Part shown: one piece after another, positions 18,777 through 27,859 of the stretch
How the letters are laid out: every line of letters begins with the position of its first letter
Numbering within the stretch: position 1 is the stretch's first letter
Source: Acidobacteriota bacterium
GTDB taxonomy: Bacteria > Acidobacteriota > UBA6911 > RPQK01 > JAJDTT01
NCBI GenBank assembly: GCA_965209055.1
Contig: OZ242374.1
Coordinates: 4,512,001 to 4,576,000, forward strand
Direction: 5' to 3'
Length of the DNA: 64,000 bases
Translations under genes and position numbers: made by a program
Notes under the pieces: model-generated
What the model saw: the letters and a program-made list of their open reading frames with translations, nothing else
Databases searched by the model: none
Told to the model about the DNA's origin: nothing

Positions 18777-20621
18777 CTACCCTGGCCACTTTCTCAACCC
18801 TTTCACCGGAAACGGCTTATCGCTCAAGAGCCTTTCCAGAATGTTTCCCAGGATTTCCACGGTTTTCGGAGCGGCCCCGAGGGCGCTCCAGACGATGTTG
18901 CCTTCGCCGTCGATAATGTAGTGGCTCGGGTAGGCCTCAACCCCGAATGCGCGTGCCAGCCGGTTGGAGGATGGAACGATCTCGTAGCGGAACTCCCGTC
19001 TCTTCAGAAACTCCTTGATCGGTTCCGCGTCATCCGTGGCGAAGGCAAGGAATCTGGCCTTGCCCGAAAACTCGTTCGTCAATGCGTTCAGCTCGGGGAT
19101 TTCCTTGATACACGGTCCGCAACTGGTGAACCAGAAATTCACGACAACCGGCTTCCCCTTCAGCGACTCGGACGTCAGTCGGACGCCCTCCAGTGTCGTC
19201 CCTCTGATCTGCGGGGCAGGTTTCAGTTCCGGAGTTTCACCGGTCAACCGGGTCATGAGGTAATCGTCAAAACCGCGGCTGTCTCCGGTGCGGGCAACGA
19301 AGGCGTTCTTTAACATCTCCGCGGCCGTCGCGGATCCCATTCGATAGGCTTCTACGAGAATCTCCTCGGCGCGGCGGAGGTGGCCGACGTTCGTCCAGAT
19401 TGCCGCCTCGATTTCCAGGTCCTCCGTCGATCGCCCTCGTGCGTCCGCTTGAGCCATCTTGACGTCGGCCAGGGCCCCTTCAGCATTCCCGTTCCGGAGC
19501 CGAAGCCGGGCGCGAATCCTGAAGGCCTGATCCCTCAGGCGCTTGTCGGAAACAAAGGCTTGCGGCGTGTAGTAGAGCTCAAGCGACCGGTCGATGAGCC
19601 GCTCAGCCTCTTCGTCCGAGTTCCCTTCCCGGTACAGCGCATTTGCCAGCAGAAGATAGGGATGGGGGTCTGCCGGGTCCTCGTCGACCCATTCGGCAAA
19701 AAGGTGGCGAGTGGCCTCCAGGCTCATCTTTGTGTTGCTCGTGAGCCAGAGGACGGATTTCCTGTCCTTCCACAGTCGTGAATTGGCCGGTGCGTCGCTT
19801 ACGACCTTCGCTTGCAGCATTTCCAGCGGAGAGTTCAAGTGGTCCAGTCCCTGAGTCGATATCCAGAACATGGCTTCGTTGAGGGCCTGCACTGAGTATC
19901 TCGATTCAGGAAACCGAGTGCAGAGTTCGGTCAAATTCTCAAACGCGCGACCGGACCGATCTGCAAGCCAATAGCCCATGGACAGGGTCCGAAGCAACGA
20001 CGGTCCCGTTTCGTGGAGTTCCATCTTGCGAAGCTGTGAAATGACTTCATCGCTGTCGAGATTCTTCAACAGCCTTTGTCTCAGCCCCCAGATCTTGGGA
20101 TAGAGCCACCAAAGATTCGGATGTTCAGCGAGTGCGCTAACGATGGACTCATTGCACGTCGAGAGGTCCGTACGCGGCCTGCATGACGCCAAGACCTGGG
20201 TTCCGAGCGGCATTTCTCCACTATCCGTCCGAGGCGCAAAACCCTTGCCACGAAAAATCTTTTCCGGCGTCCGGACCCTGACCGACGCCCATTCGCAGTT
20301 GCCGGGCAACGTCAGCCGAGCGATGAACTCCTCTCCGTTCCAAACGGCCTTCTCATTGAATGTGGAAAGGACATCCTGATGCCAAGTCGACATGTTGATG
20401 AATACACGATCATTCGGAAAAAGCCGTCCCCGCGGGAAATCCGGAGTGACCCGAACGACAAAGTCTTGACCCCAGCGCGGCGCTTCGGGCTCAATCCGAA
20501 TCTCCGCAAACAGGCCGGTCCCCAGCGCGAGGACGGACACGAGAGGGCACACGGTTCCGATCAGACTTCTCGAAACATTCTTAGTATGTATTCCGTAAGG
20601 ACTCATGAATATGGGAAACAT
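18777..20621 (-). CDS. TPR-containing TlpA family thiol-disulfide oxidoreductase (start uncertain)
   Basis: Helical TPR-like middle region; C-terminal GKPVVVNFWFTSCGPCIKEIPEL..YPSHYIID. Confidence 0.83.
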   Translation of the reverse strand: MFPIFMSPYGIHTKNVSRSLIGTVCPLVSVLALGTGLFAEIRIEPEAPRWGQDFVVRVTPDFPRGRLFPNDRVFINMSTWHQDVLSTFNEKAVWNGEEFIARLTLPGNCEWASVRVRTPEKIFRGKGFAPRTDSGEMPLGTQVLASCRPRTDLSTCNESIVSALAEHPNLWWLYPKIWGLRQRLLKNLDSDEVISQLRKMELHETGPSLLRTLSMGYWLADRSGRAFENLTELCTRFPESRYSVQALNEAMFWISTQGLDHLNSPLEMLQAKVVSDAPANSRLWKDRKSVLWLTSNTKMSLEATRHLFAEWVDEDPADPHPYLLLANALYREGNSDEEAERLIDRSLELYYTPQAFVSDKRLRDQAFRIRARLRLRNGNAEGALADVKMAQADARGRSTEDLEIEAAIWTNVGHLRRAEEILVEAYRMGSATAAEMLKNAFVARTGDSRGFDDYLMTRLTGETPELKPAPQIRGTTLEGVRLTSESLKGKPVVVNFWFTSCGPCIKEIPELNALTNEFSGKARFLAFATDDAEPIKEFLKRREFRYEIVPSSNRLARAFGVEAYPSHYIIDGEGNIVWSALGAAPKTVEILGNILERLLSDKPFPVKGLRKWPG

Positions 20622-20682
20622 ACGCCCTCCATCCGGGGAAAATCACAAATTCCAAATCTCAAGAAAGGAGGCGGGGAACTCC

Positions 20683-22365
20683 TCACTCCTCCCCCCTCAT
20701 TTCTCCTTCCAGGGCCGATTCTCCATCTTTCGAAACCCTCTGTTTCCAAGCCTGATAGAGGCGGCCCATCGCCTTCACCCGCTTTGGATGCCGGGACGCA
20801 AGGTTTCGCTTCTCGGTTCGGTCCGCGTCCATGTCGAAGAGCTGCCACAGGCTTTCCGCATCTTCCGGGGCGGGAGGAACGGTCCAGTCTGTCCCCGAAG
20901 GCCGCCAAGGCTGGTAGCGAATCCAGTGGTCGGGCGAAACCAGCTTCCACCTCCCCTGCCGCACCGCCCGCCAGAGACCCCGCTGATTCCAGAAGAGCGC
21001 CTCGTGGCCCTCCCGAGTCCTTCCCTGGAAGATGGGAAGCAGGCTCCGGCCCTCCAACGGCGGGATCTTCATCCCGTTCACTTCTGACGGATAGTCGGCT
21101 CCGGCGACCTCCAGGCAGGTGGCCATGATGTCGATGAGGTGCCCGAGTTCCGGGCTGATCCTTCCCGGCCGCGCGATTCCCCGGGGCCAGTAGGCCACCA
21201 GGGGCGTGGCGATGCCGCCTTCGTGGTTCCATCGCTTGAATTGGCGGAATGGCGTGTTGCTGAGATTGGCCCAAGGGAGGTCCACCGATCGGTAGGATTC
21301 CACCGGACCGGGCGGCAGCTCGGGCGTCCGGGTCCGGTCCTCGTCGCTGGCGCCGTTGTCGGAGAGGAACAGAACCAGAGTGTTCCGCTCCTTGCCCAGC
21401 GACCGCACGGTCTCCATGAGGCGGCCGATGTTCTGGTCCATGCGGTCCACCATGGCGGCATAGACCGCCATCTTCAGATCCCAGGCCTCCTTGTCCGGCA
21501 CCTCGTCCCAGGCCGGCGCGTGGGGGCTGCGGGAAGACAGTTCCGATCGGTCGGAGATCAGACCTTCCCCGACCAGGCGCCGGTGGCGTTCCCGCCGGAG
21601 AGTGTCCCAACCCGCCATGAAACGGCCCCGGTAGCGGGCAATGTCTTCCGGCCAGGCATGAAGCGGGTAATGAGGCACGGTATAGGCGAGATAGAGAAAG
21701 AAGGGGCGTTTCTCCCGGCCGTACTGTTTCAGATAGCCGATGGCGTGGTCGGTGAAGGCGTCGGTGCTGTAGAACCGGCGGTCTTCCGGCGTGTAGGGGC
21801 GAATGACCTTCCCTTCGATGGAAAACGGTTGGTCGTCGCGGGCGAACTTCTTTCCCGGCTCCGGCTCACCGGGTCGTCGCCGGCCCGGATTGAAGTGATT
21901 GCAGGTTCCCGTCAGGAGTCCGTAGTAACGCTCGAAACCCCGTTTCAACGGATGGCCGTCCAGGTGCCACTTGCCCGACATGAGGGTCCGGTAGCCGGCG
22001 GCCTTTAGTGCTTCCGCCAAGGTGACGCATCCCAGGAACCGCCGATCTCCCACCTGTTGGGAATAGAGTCCGCTGAGCAACGACGCCCGGCTGGCCGGGC
22101 AGATGGCGTTGTTGTAGAACTGCGAGAAACGGAGCCCGTTGCGGGCCAGGCGGTCCAGATTCGGGGTCCGGATCTCGCCCCCATAGCAGCCCAGGTCCGA
22201 GTAACCCAGATCGTCCGCCATGATCAGGATGATGTTGGGCCGGGGCGGAGACGAGGCCCACGCCAGCGATCCGGCAAGCAAGGCCACCAGCAACGTCCGG
22301 ATGACGCCGCGGCCGGCGACCCTCACCCTTCGTGATAAGAACGAATGTCTTTCAGAAACCTGCAT
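20683..22365 (-). CDS. Arylsulfatase
   Basis: PNIILIMADDLGYSDLG; CPASRASLLSG; SGKWHL; FLSDNGA; HEGGIATP. Confidence 0.93.
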   Translation of the reverse strand: MQVSERHSFLSRRVRVAGRGVIRTLLVALLAGSLAWASSPPRPNIILIMADDLGYSDLGCYGGEIRTPNLDRLARNGLRFSQFYNNAICPASRASLLSGLYSQQVGDRRFLGCVTLAEALKAAGYRTLMSGKWHLDGHPLKRGFERYYGLLTGTCNHFNPGRRRPGEPEPGKKFARDDQPFSIEGKVIRPYTPEDRRFYSTDAFTDHAIGYLKQYGREKRPFFLYLAYTVPHYPLHAWPEDIARYRGRFMAGWDTLRRERHRRLVGEGLISDRSELSSRSPHAPAWDEVPDKEAWDLKMAVYAAMVDRMDQNIGRLMETVRSLGKERNTLVLFLSDNGASDEDRTRTPELPPGPVESYRSVDLPWANLSNTPFRQFKRWNHEGGIATPLVAYWPRGIARPGRISPELGHLIDIMATCLEVAGADYPSEVNGMKIPPLEGRSLLPIFQGRTREGHEALFWNQRGLWRAVRQGRWKLVSPDHWIRYQPWRPSGTDWTVPPAPEDAESLWQLFDMDADRTEKRNLASRHPKRVKAMGRLYQAWKQRVSKDGESALEGEMRGEE

Positions 22366-22371
22366 CCGTCC

Positions 22372-24750
22372 CTAGCGATCCGACACCACGGGACGGTCCA
22401 ATCGGATGGTGGGGCGTTCGTCCAGTTCCAGCGCCGTGTGCCGGTAGAAGTAGTAGGTTCCCATTTCCGGCGAGGCCAGGATGTCCGGTTTTGCGTCGCC
22501 GTCCAGGTCTCGAAATCCGTAGTAGGGACCGTGGGAGCCAAGCCCTTCCAACGGTTTTCCGAAGAGGGACAGAACCTGCGGGCGTCCGAAGCGCGGTTCC
22601 GTGGGGGTGCCGATGTTGGGATAGATCAGAGGCCGGGTCGGATTGTGGTCCCACTCCGCCGTCCTTCGCCAACATTCGTTGAAGAAGAGGTCCAGCAGTC
22701 CGTCCCCGTTCCAGTCCACCAGGAAGAACTGGCTCGGCTGGAGATCGACTGCCTGGATGGTTTCGCCTCCGGGAAGGCGAAAGGGTCCGTCGTCCCGGAG
22801 CCGAAGCCTCCCCTCCCCGTCCCGGAACCTTCGGAACAGGCGGGTATCCCAAGTGACGGACGCAGCCGTCACGAGATCGGTGAGACCGTCACCGGTAAGG
22901 TCGGCAAAGGAGGCCCGGGCCCTCCAGCGGAACGGCTGATGGCGGTTGGGAACCCGTTTCCTCCACTGGCCGGTGCCGGCCCCCAACAGTTTGGCCGTCG
23001 CGCGCAAGAGGTCCTTTCCGTCCGGATACCCCTCGCACAAAACCTGGAGCCGGGGACCGAACCTGGGGCGGCTCCGGGTGCCGATGTTCCGGTACCAGTA
23101 GATCCGGTTGGTGAGGTTGGGCAACATCAGGTCCGGCAGCCGGTCTCCGTCCCAGTCGACGTAGACCGGGTGCGTGTAGCCCATGTTGTGCCCGTAGTCC
23201 TCCAGCCCGGGAAAGACCTGGCTCATGAAGAGGCGGATCGGTTCCCCCTGGGACCGGACCGGCTCTTCCCGGACGAATACCGGCCGGGACTCGGTGCCTT
23301 GGTTGATCAGGACGCGGACGAAGCCGAATCCGTCGCCGGCCAGCAGATCCCAGTCCCCGTCTCCGTCCCAGTCGCAGGGATAAGGCGTCGATTGTTCTCC
23401 CAGAATCGCATGCGCAGACAACGACAGTGCCTCGTGGCGGCGGAAAGCCGGTTCCTTTTCGGCATCATCCTGAAGTTGTTCGAAGAAGGCCAACTTTCGC
23501 AGGTGGTCGTAGGCCACCAGCAACCCCTGGCGGCGGCCCGACGGGACGGACGCGGTGAAATAGGCGGCCCGGGCTCCGACCTGTTCCAGCAGGCGAGGGG
23601 AACCAAAACTTGGAACCGTTCCACCCTGGTTCCGGCGCCACGCCACCCGGTAGAAATGTTTCTTCCTCTCGGCGTCGGGATCGGTGACCAGGCAGACGCT
23701 GTCCGGACGGCCGTCCTGGTCCACGTCGTAGAAACTGGCCCGGACTCCCGGATCGATTCGTACAGGAGACCCCGGCCGAAAGGGCCAGCCCTCGGGATTC
23801 CTATTTCTAATGAAGTAACCCCGGCCGTCAGGTGGAATGTCCTGACCTCGAAACATGGATCCGACGAACAGGTCCTGGGTTCCGTCCTGGTCCAGGTCCA
23901 CGATTCTCACTGGACCCCACCAGTCCGGCGGACGGGAAATGCGGCCGTGGTCCCGGAAGAGGGGAAGTCCTCCGTCGTCCCGGCGCCCGGTGTTGATGAG
24001 GAAGACGATCCAACCCTCGGCGCTGCGGGGATTCTGATGTGAGCCGTCGGCAGGCGAGGAATAGACGAGGTCGACCAGGCCGTCGCCGTTCAGGTCTCCC
24101 GCGTCCAGATGGAGATAACCGGCCCGCAGGTGACGCGGCTCCGGCGAGCCGGCTTCGTCCAGGTAGCGGATGGCGACCGGTTCTCCGAACTGGAACTCGT
24201 CGACACCGCCGACCCGGGGATAGCAAACGATTCCTCCAGGCGGACGGTCAGGCGAATACGTGTAGATCACCGTTCCCACCAAGTCCCGCTTGCCGTCCCC
24301 CGTCAAGTCCACCAAGGCGCCCAGAATGGGGAGTGAAATGGGTTTCGGTTTCCCCGCGTTGTAGCGAAGCAGATCGCCGGTACCGATCATGGGGATGTAC
24401 GGGCGGGGGTTCAGAGGCGGCCGGACGGGACCCGTCCGAAACCGGATTCGGTAATCTCGTCGCTCCGGGTCCTCCACGACCCACTGGACCCGTCCCTGAT
24501 GTCCGTGGTGGAAGTCGCGGCTCAGCGCATGAGGCACAGGACCCCCCGATACCGCATCCACGACCTGAATCGAGTTGGGATCGAGAACGCCTTCGATTCC
24601 GGCGTCCGCAGCCAGGGAGGCGAAATCGATCCAGGGGTCGACGGGGATCTGGGCAAAGGGGAGGGACGAGGTGATGCGAAGCTCCACCGAGCACTCGCGG
24701 CCAGCCGGCTCCGCACCGGCCCGGGCCAGGGGCGCCAGGATCATGAGCAC
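22372..24750 (-). CDS. FG-GAP/VCBS repeat protein
   Basis: Multiple DxxGDGxxDL motifs (DLNGDGLVDL, DWDGDGDWDL, DWNGDGLLDL). Confidence 0.85.
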   Translation of the reverse strand: MLMILAPLARAGAEPAGRECSVELRITSSLPFAQIPVDPWIDFASLAADAGIEGVLDPNSIQVVDAVSGGPVPHALSRDFHHGHQGRVQWVVEDPERRDYRIRFRTGPVRPPLNPRPYIPMIGTGDLLRYNAGKPKPISLPILGALVDLTGDGKRDLVGTVIYTYSPDRPPGGIVCYPRVGGVDEFQFGEPVAIRYLDEAGSPEPRHLRAGYLHLDAGDLNGDGLVDLVYSSPADGSHQNPRSAEGWIVFLINTGRRDDGGLPLFRDHGRISRPPDWWGPVRIVDLDQDGTQDLFVGSMFRGQDIPPDGRGYFIRNRNPEGWPFRPGSPVRIDPGVRASFYDVDQDGRPDSVCLVTDPDAERKKHFYRVAWRRNQGGTVPSFGSPRLLEQVGARAAYFTASVPSGRRQGLLVAYDHLRKLAFFEQLQDDAEKEPAFRRHEALSLSAHAILGEQSTPYPCDWDGDGDWDLLAGDGFGFVRVLINQGTESRPVFVREEPVRSQGEPIRLFMSQVFPGLEDYGHNMGYTHPVYVDWDGDRLPDLMLPNLTNRIYWYRNIGTRSRPRFGPRLQVLCEGYPDGKDLLRATAKLLGAGTGQWRKRVPNRHQPFRWRARASFADLTGDGLTDLVTAASVTWDTRLFRRFRDGEGRLRLRDDGPFRLPGGETIQAVDLQPSQFFLVDWNGDGLLDLFFNECWRRTAEWDHNPTRPLIYPNIGTPTEPRFGRPQVLSLFGKPLEGLGSHGPYYGFRDLDGDAKPDILASPEMGTYYFYRHTALELDERPTIRLDRPVVSDR

Positions 24751-24793
24751 CAGGGAGAATGTTACTTTCGCCGCCAGGAACGTCCCCCTAAAT

Positions 24794-26296
24794 TCAGTTG
24801 ATTTGGAAGGAATATAGACGGGTTCTGCTCAGAATAAACTTCAAACGAACCGGTCGATCTTGAAGCTCTTCCAGGCTCTCCTTCCCCTCCCACGAGACCT
24901 TGGAATAGACCCCGTCTGCCGGTGCCAGACTGGAAGCATCGGCTTCGTACCCGGGAATGGGGTTCCCTGCCGCGTCCTGGATCTCCACCTTCAGATAGCC
25001 TTCCTGGTTGGGGCTGTCGTTGAAGGTCACCTCCCCCGGCGCCTCCGACGCGTCCCCCTCCCGCCGGAGCAGGCGGGCGTTCACTTGGAGTGTGCTCCCC
25101 GAGAACTGCAGCGGCTTGGTCAGAACCGAGCCCTCGGCAGTGGCGTCGAGGGCAACGAAGCCGTCCTGCCGCATGCGGGCCAATCCGATCTCTCCCGTGT
25201 GGTCCTCCGACGGGGCGTTGTGGAGGTTGTCGAACCCGGAGTAGTAGATCCAGACCATTCCATCCTTGACCACGGGAGCCGTGATGGGCCAGATCATCCC
25301 GCTGTCGAAGCTCTTGCCCGAATACTCGTTTCTCTGGTAGCCCAGGTAGATCAGCGGCCGCCGGTAGACGCTCCGATCCCACTTGATGCCATCCCGGCTG
25401 GAGACCAACTGGACGTCCATGGTCTGGATGTTGGTGTGAAAGACCCAGAGCAGACCCAGGGTCTGGCTGCCGTAGGGGAAGGCCGAAAGCCCGTAGAACT
25501 CGGTCCCGGGACGGTCATGGGCATCCGGTTCCAGCACCAGGCGATCATCGGTCCAGTGGATGAAGTCGTCGCTGACGAGCCGTGACACCTTCCGGGGACC
25601 TCCGGGATTGGTCTTGTGATAGAGCCAATATTGCCGGGAAACGGGGTCCCGCATCACCGCGAAGGTGTCTCCCGTGGCCCAGCAGGGCACCACCGGATTC
25701 TTTTCGTAGTCGGTCCAGCGGATGCCGTCAGGAGAGAAGGCGGCCCAGATGCCGCACCGTTCCCGGTCCCTGGTCTGCCAGTAGCCCATCTTGTAGCGGC
25801 GGGCGGGGTCCGGGTCCTCCGGGTCCAGGATCACCGAATGGTTCCAATTGTTCCAACGCAGCACGATGTTGTTGGCCTTGGAGCCGCGGAACTCCAGGTG
25901 GTTCAACTCCGGCTTCTCCCACCGGATCCCGTCCTCGGAGGTGGCGTAACAGACGAACTGATCGATGTCGGATTCTCCGGTTCGCGGCAACGTGTTGTAC
26001 CACATCTCGAAAATTTTCTTTTCCGGAGAGTAGATAACACTCCCCGGTTGAAGTATCAGATAACCTTCCCAGGGACGGTCGGATCGGATCAGGGGGTTCC
26101 CGGCCACTTTTCCTCCCCGCCCCAGACTCCGCCAGATCCGGTCCATCCGCTCGACGAGCAGGTCATCCGCGAACAGTTGGACCCGATCGTCCAGCCGAAT
26201 GGGAGGATCCGCCGCGGGACCCGGAGCGCAGGAGACTCCGGGCAACAGGACGCCTCCCAGGAAAATTGCCGAGCATAGGGTGGAATTCAATCTCAT
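24794..26296 (-). CDS. Lipoprotein, glycoside-hydrolase-like five-bladed beta-propeller
   Basis: Lipobox GVSC; QLFADD; YATSEDGIRWEKP; SRDGIKW; GLARMRQDGFVAL. Confidence 0.75.
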   Translation of the reverse strand: MRLNSTLCSAIFLGGVLLPGVSCAPGPAADPPIRLDDRVQLFADDLLVERMDRIWRSLGRGGKVAGNPLIRSDRPWEGYLILQPGSVIYSPEKKIFEMWYNTLPRTGESDIDQFVCYATSEDGIRWEKPELNHLEFRGSKANNIVLRWNNWNHSVILDPEDPDPARRYKMGYWQTRDRERCGIWAAFSPDGIRWTDYEKNPVVPCWATGDTFAVMRDPVSRQYWLYHKTNPGGPRKVSRLVSDDFIHWTDDRLVLEPDAHDRPGTEFYGLSAFPYGSQTLGLLWVFHTNIQTMDVQLVSSRDGIKWDRSVYRRPLIYLGYQRNEYSGKSFDSGMIWPITAPVVKDGMVWIYYSGFDNLHNAPSEDHTGEIGLARMRQDGFVALDATAEGSVLTKPLQFSGSTLQVNARLLRREGDASEAPGEVTFNDSPNQEGYLKVEIQDAAGNPIPGYEADASSLAPADGVYSKVSWEGKESLEELQDRPVRLKFILSRTRLYSFQIN

Positions 26297-26334
26297 GCCG
26301 TCACTCCCGGCGGGGATCATAACACGCAGGTCAT

Positions 26335-26467
26335 GGAGCGGCGACTCTCCTGTCGCCGACTGGGGAGGCGGTTTTCCTACCGCCGATGAGGGGGGGTAGG
26401 GGGGACGGCAGTCCCTCCTGTACCAATCCGGTGACCGAAGAGCGGGCGATTGGAAATCGCCCCTCCC
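26335..26467. repeat. REP-like palindrome cluster (REPIN-like)
   Basis: GGAGCGGCGACTCTCCTGTCGCCG (26335-26358), GGGGAGGCGGTTTTCCTACCGCCG (26362-26385), and inverted copy CGGGCGATTGGAAATCGCCCCTCCC (26443-26467). Confidence 0.75.
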
Positions 26468-26506
26468 GACATTTGCCATGGACTGCTAAACTTGGGATCC
26501 GGATCC

Positions 26507-27859
26507 ATGCTTCGTCTCGACGGCCCGACATCGCCCCATCTTTGCCAGGCAGTCCACCGCAGGGACTTCCTTCACGCCGGCTCTCTGGCGTTCCTGGGCC
26601 TCACCCTGCCCGGCTTCCTGGAGCTCAAGGCCGCGGGCCGGACCAGCTCCGACAAGGACGTGAACTGCATCCTCCTGTTCCTGGAGGGGGGCGCCCCCCA
26701 AATGGACACCTGGGACCCGAAGCCGGATGCGCCGGCCGAGATTCGGGGACCCTACAAGCCGATTCCCACCAACGTGGCCGGGGTCCGGATCACCGAACTG
26801 TTTCCCCGCATGGCCCGCCACGCCGACAAGTTCGCGTTGATCCGTTCCTACTACCACACCAATCCGGCCCATCCCCAGGCCAAGACCTGGATGCAAACCG
26901 GAAGGCCTCCGCTCCCCGGAATTCAGTATCCCCATCCGGGTTGCGTTGTCGACAAGCTGAAGGGCGCCCGGGGCGACCTGCCCGCGCACGTCCTTCTCCC
27001 CTACCGGCCGGACGACGGTCAGGGGCCCGGTTTCCTGGGCAAGACCCACGAGCCCTTCGTCATCGACTCCGACCCTTCCGACCCTTCCTTTCGGGTCCGG
27101 GACCTCCGGCCGCCCGACTACGTCTCGGCGGTTCGAGCCGGGAGACGGATTTCCTTCCGCCGGCTCATCGACCGGAGCTTCCTCGATTTTGAGGAGAACT
27201 GTGCCGAGAGCCGGCTCCTGGACGCCAATTTCTCCCAGGCCTACCGGATCGTCTCCTCACGTCAGGCCCGCCAGTCCTTCGATCTGACGGGCGAGCCGAC
27301 CCAGCTTCGGCAAAGCTATGGCATGAACCGATTCGGGCAGAGTTGCCTCCTGGCCCGCCGCCTCGTGGAGCGCGGCGTCCGCTTCGTGACCGTCAACATG
27401 TTCGACGATCTCGCCGGGTCCTGGGACATCCATGGCCAGTCGCCTTTCACCTCCCTGAGCGCGCTCGACACGCTGGGGCCCATGTTCGACCACGCCTTCT
27501 CTTCCCTGCTCGAAGACCTCCAGCAGCGCGGCCTGTTGGAACAGACCCTGGTGGTGGCCATGGGAGAGTTCGGCCGGTCTCCCAAGATCAACCCCGCGGG
27601 CGGCCGGGATCACTGGCCGGCCTGCGGCACGCTCATCCTCGCCGGCGGAGGCGTCGTGGGGGGACAGGTCATCGGTTCCTCCGACCGCACGGCCAGCGAA
27701 CCCAGGGACCGTCCCGTCGAACCCATGGAAATTCTCGCCAGCCTTTATCAGGCCCTCGGCATCAGCGTTCACACCGAACTGGACGGACCGGGCAACCGGC
27801 CCGTTCCCGTGGTGGAGATCGGTGTGGAGCCGATCCGGGAGCTATTCGGCACCGCATGA
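26507..27859 (+). CDS. DUF1501 domain protein (Tat-type signal)
   Basis: HRRDFL; LFLEGGAPQMDTWDPKP; YGMNRFGQSCLLARRLVERGVRFV; MGEFGRSPKIN..GRDHW. Confidence 0.92.
   Translation: MLRLDGPTSPHLCQAVHRRDFLHAGSLAFLGLTLPGFLELKAAGRTSSDKDVNCILLFLEGGAPQMDTWDPKPDAPAEIRGPYKPIPTNVAGVRITELFPRMARHADKFALIRSYYHTNPAHPQAKTWMQTGRPPLPGIQYPHPGCVVDKLKGARGDLPAHVLLPYRPDDGQGPGFLGKTHEPFVIDSDPSDPSFRVRDLRPPDYVSAVRAGRRISFRRLIDRSFLDFEENCAESRLLDANFSQAYRIVSSRQARQSFDLTGEPTQLRQSYGMNRFGQSCLLARRLVERGVRFVTVNMFDDLAGSWDIHGQSPFTSLSALDTLGPMFDHAFSSLLEDLQQRGLLEQTLVVAMGEFGRSPKINPAGGRDHWPACGTLILAGGGVVGGQVIGSSDRTASEPRDRPVEPMEILASLYQALGISVHTELDGPGNRPVPVVEIGVEPIRELFGTA

Noticed and set aside
27343-27855. N-terminal extension of the DUF1549/1553 ORF
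   Set aside because: Overlaps DUF1501; a signal peptide and ATGA coupling indicate the start at 27856.
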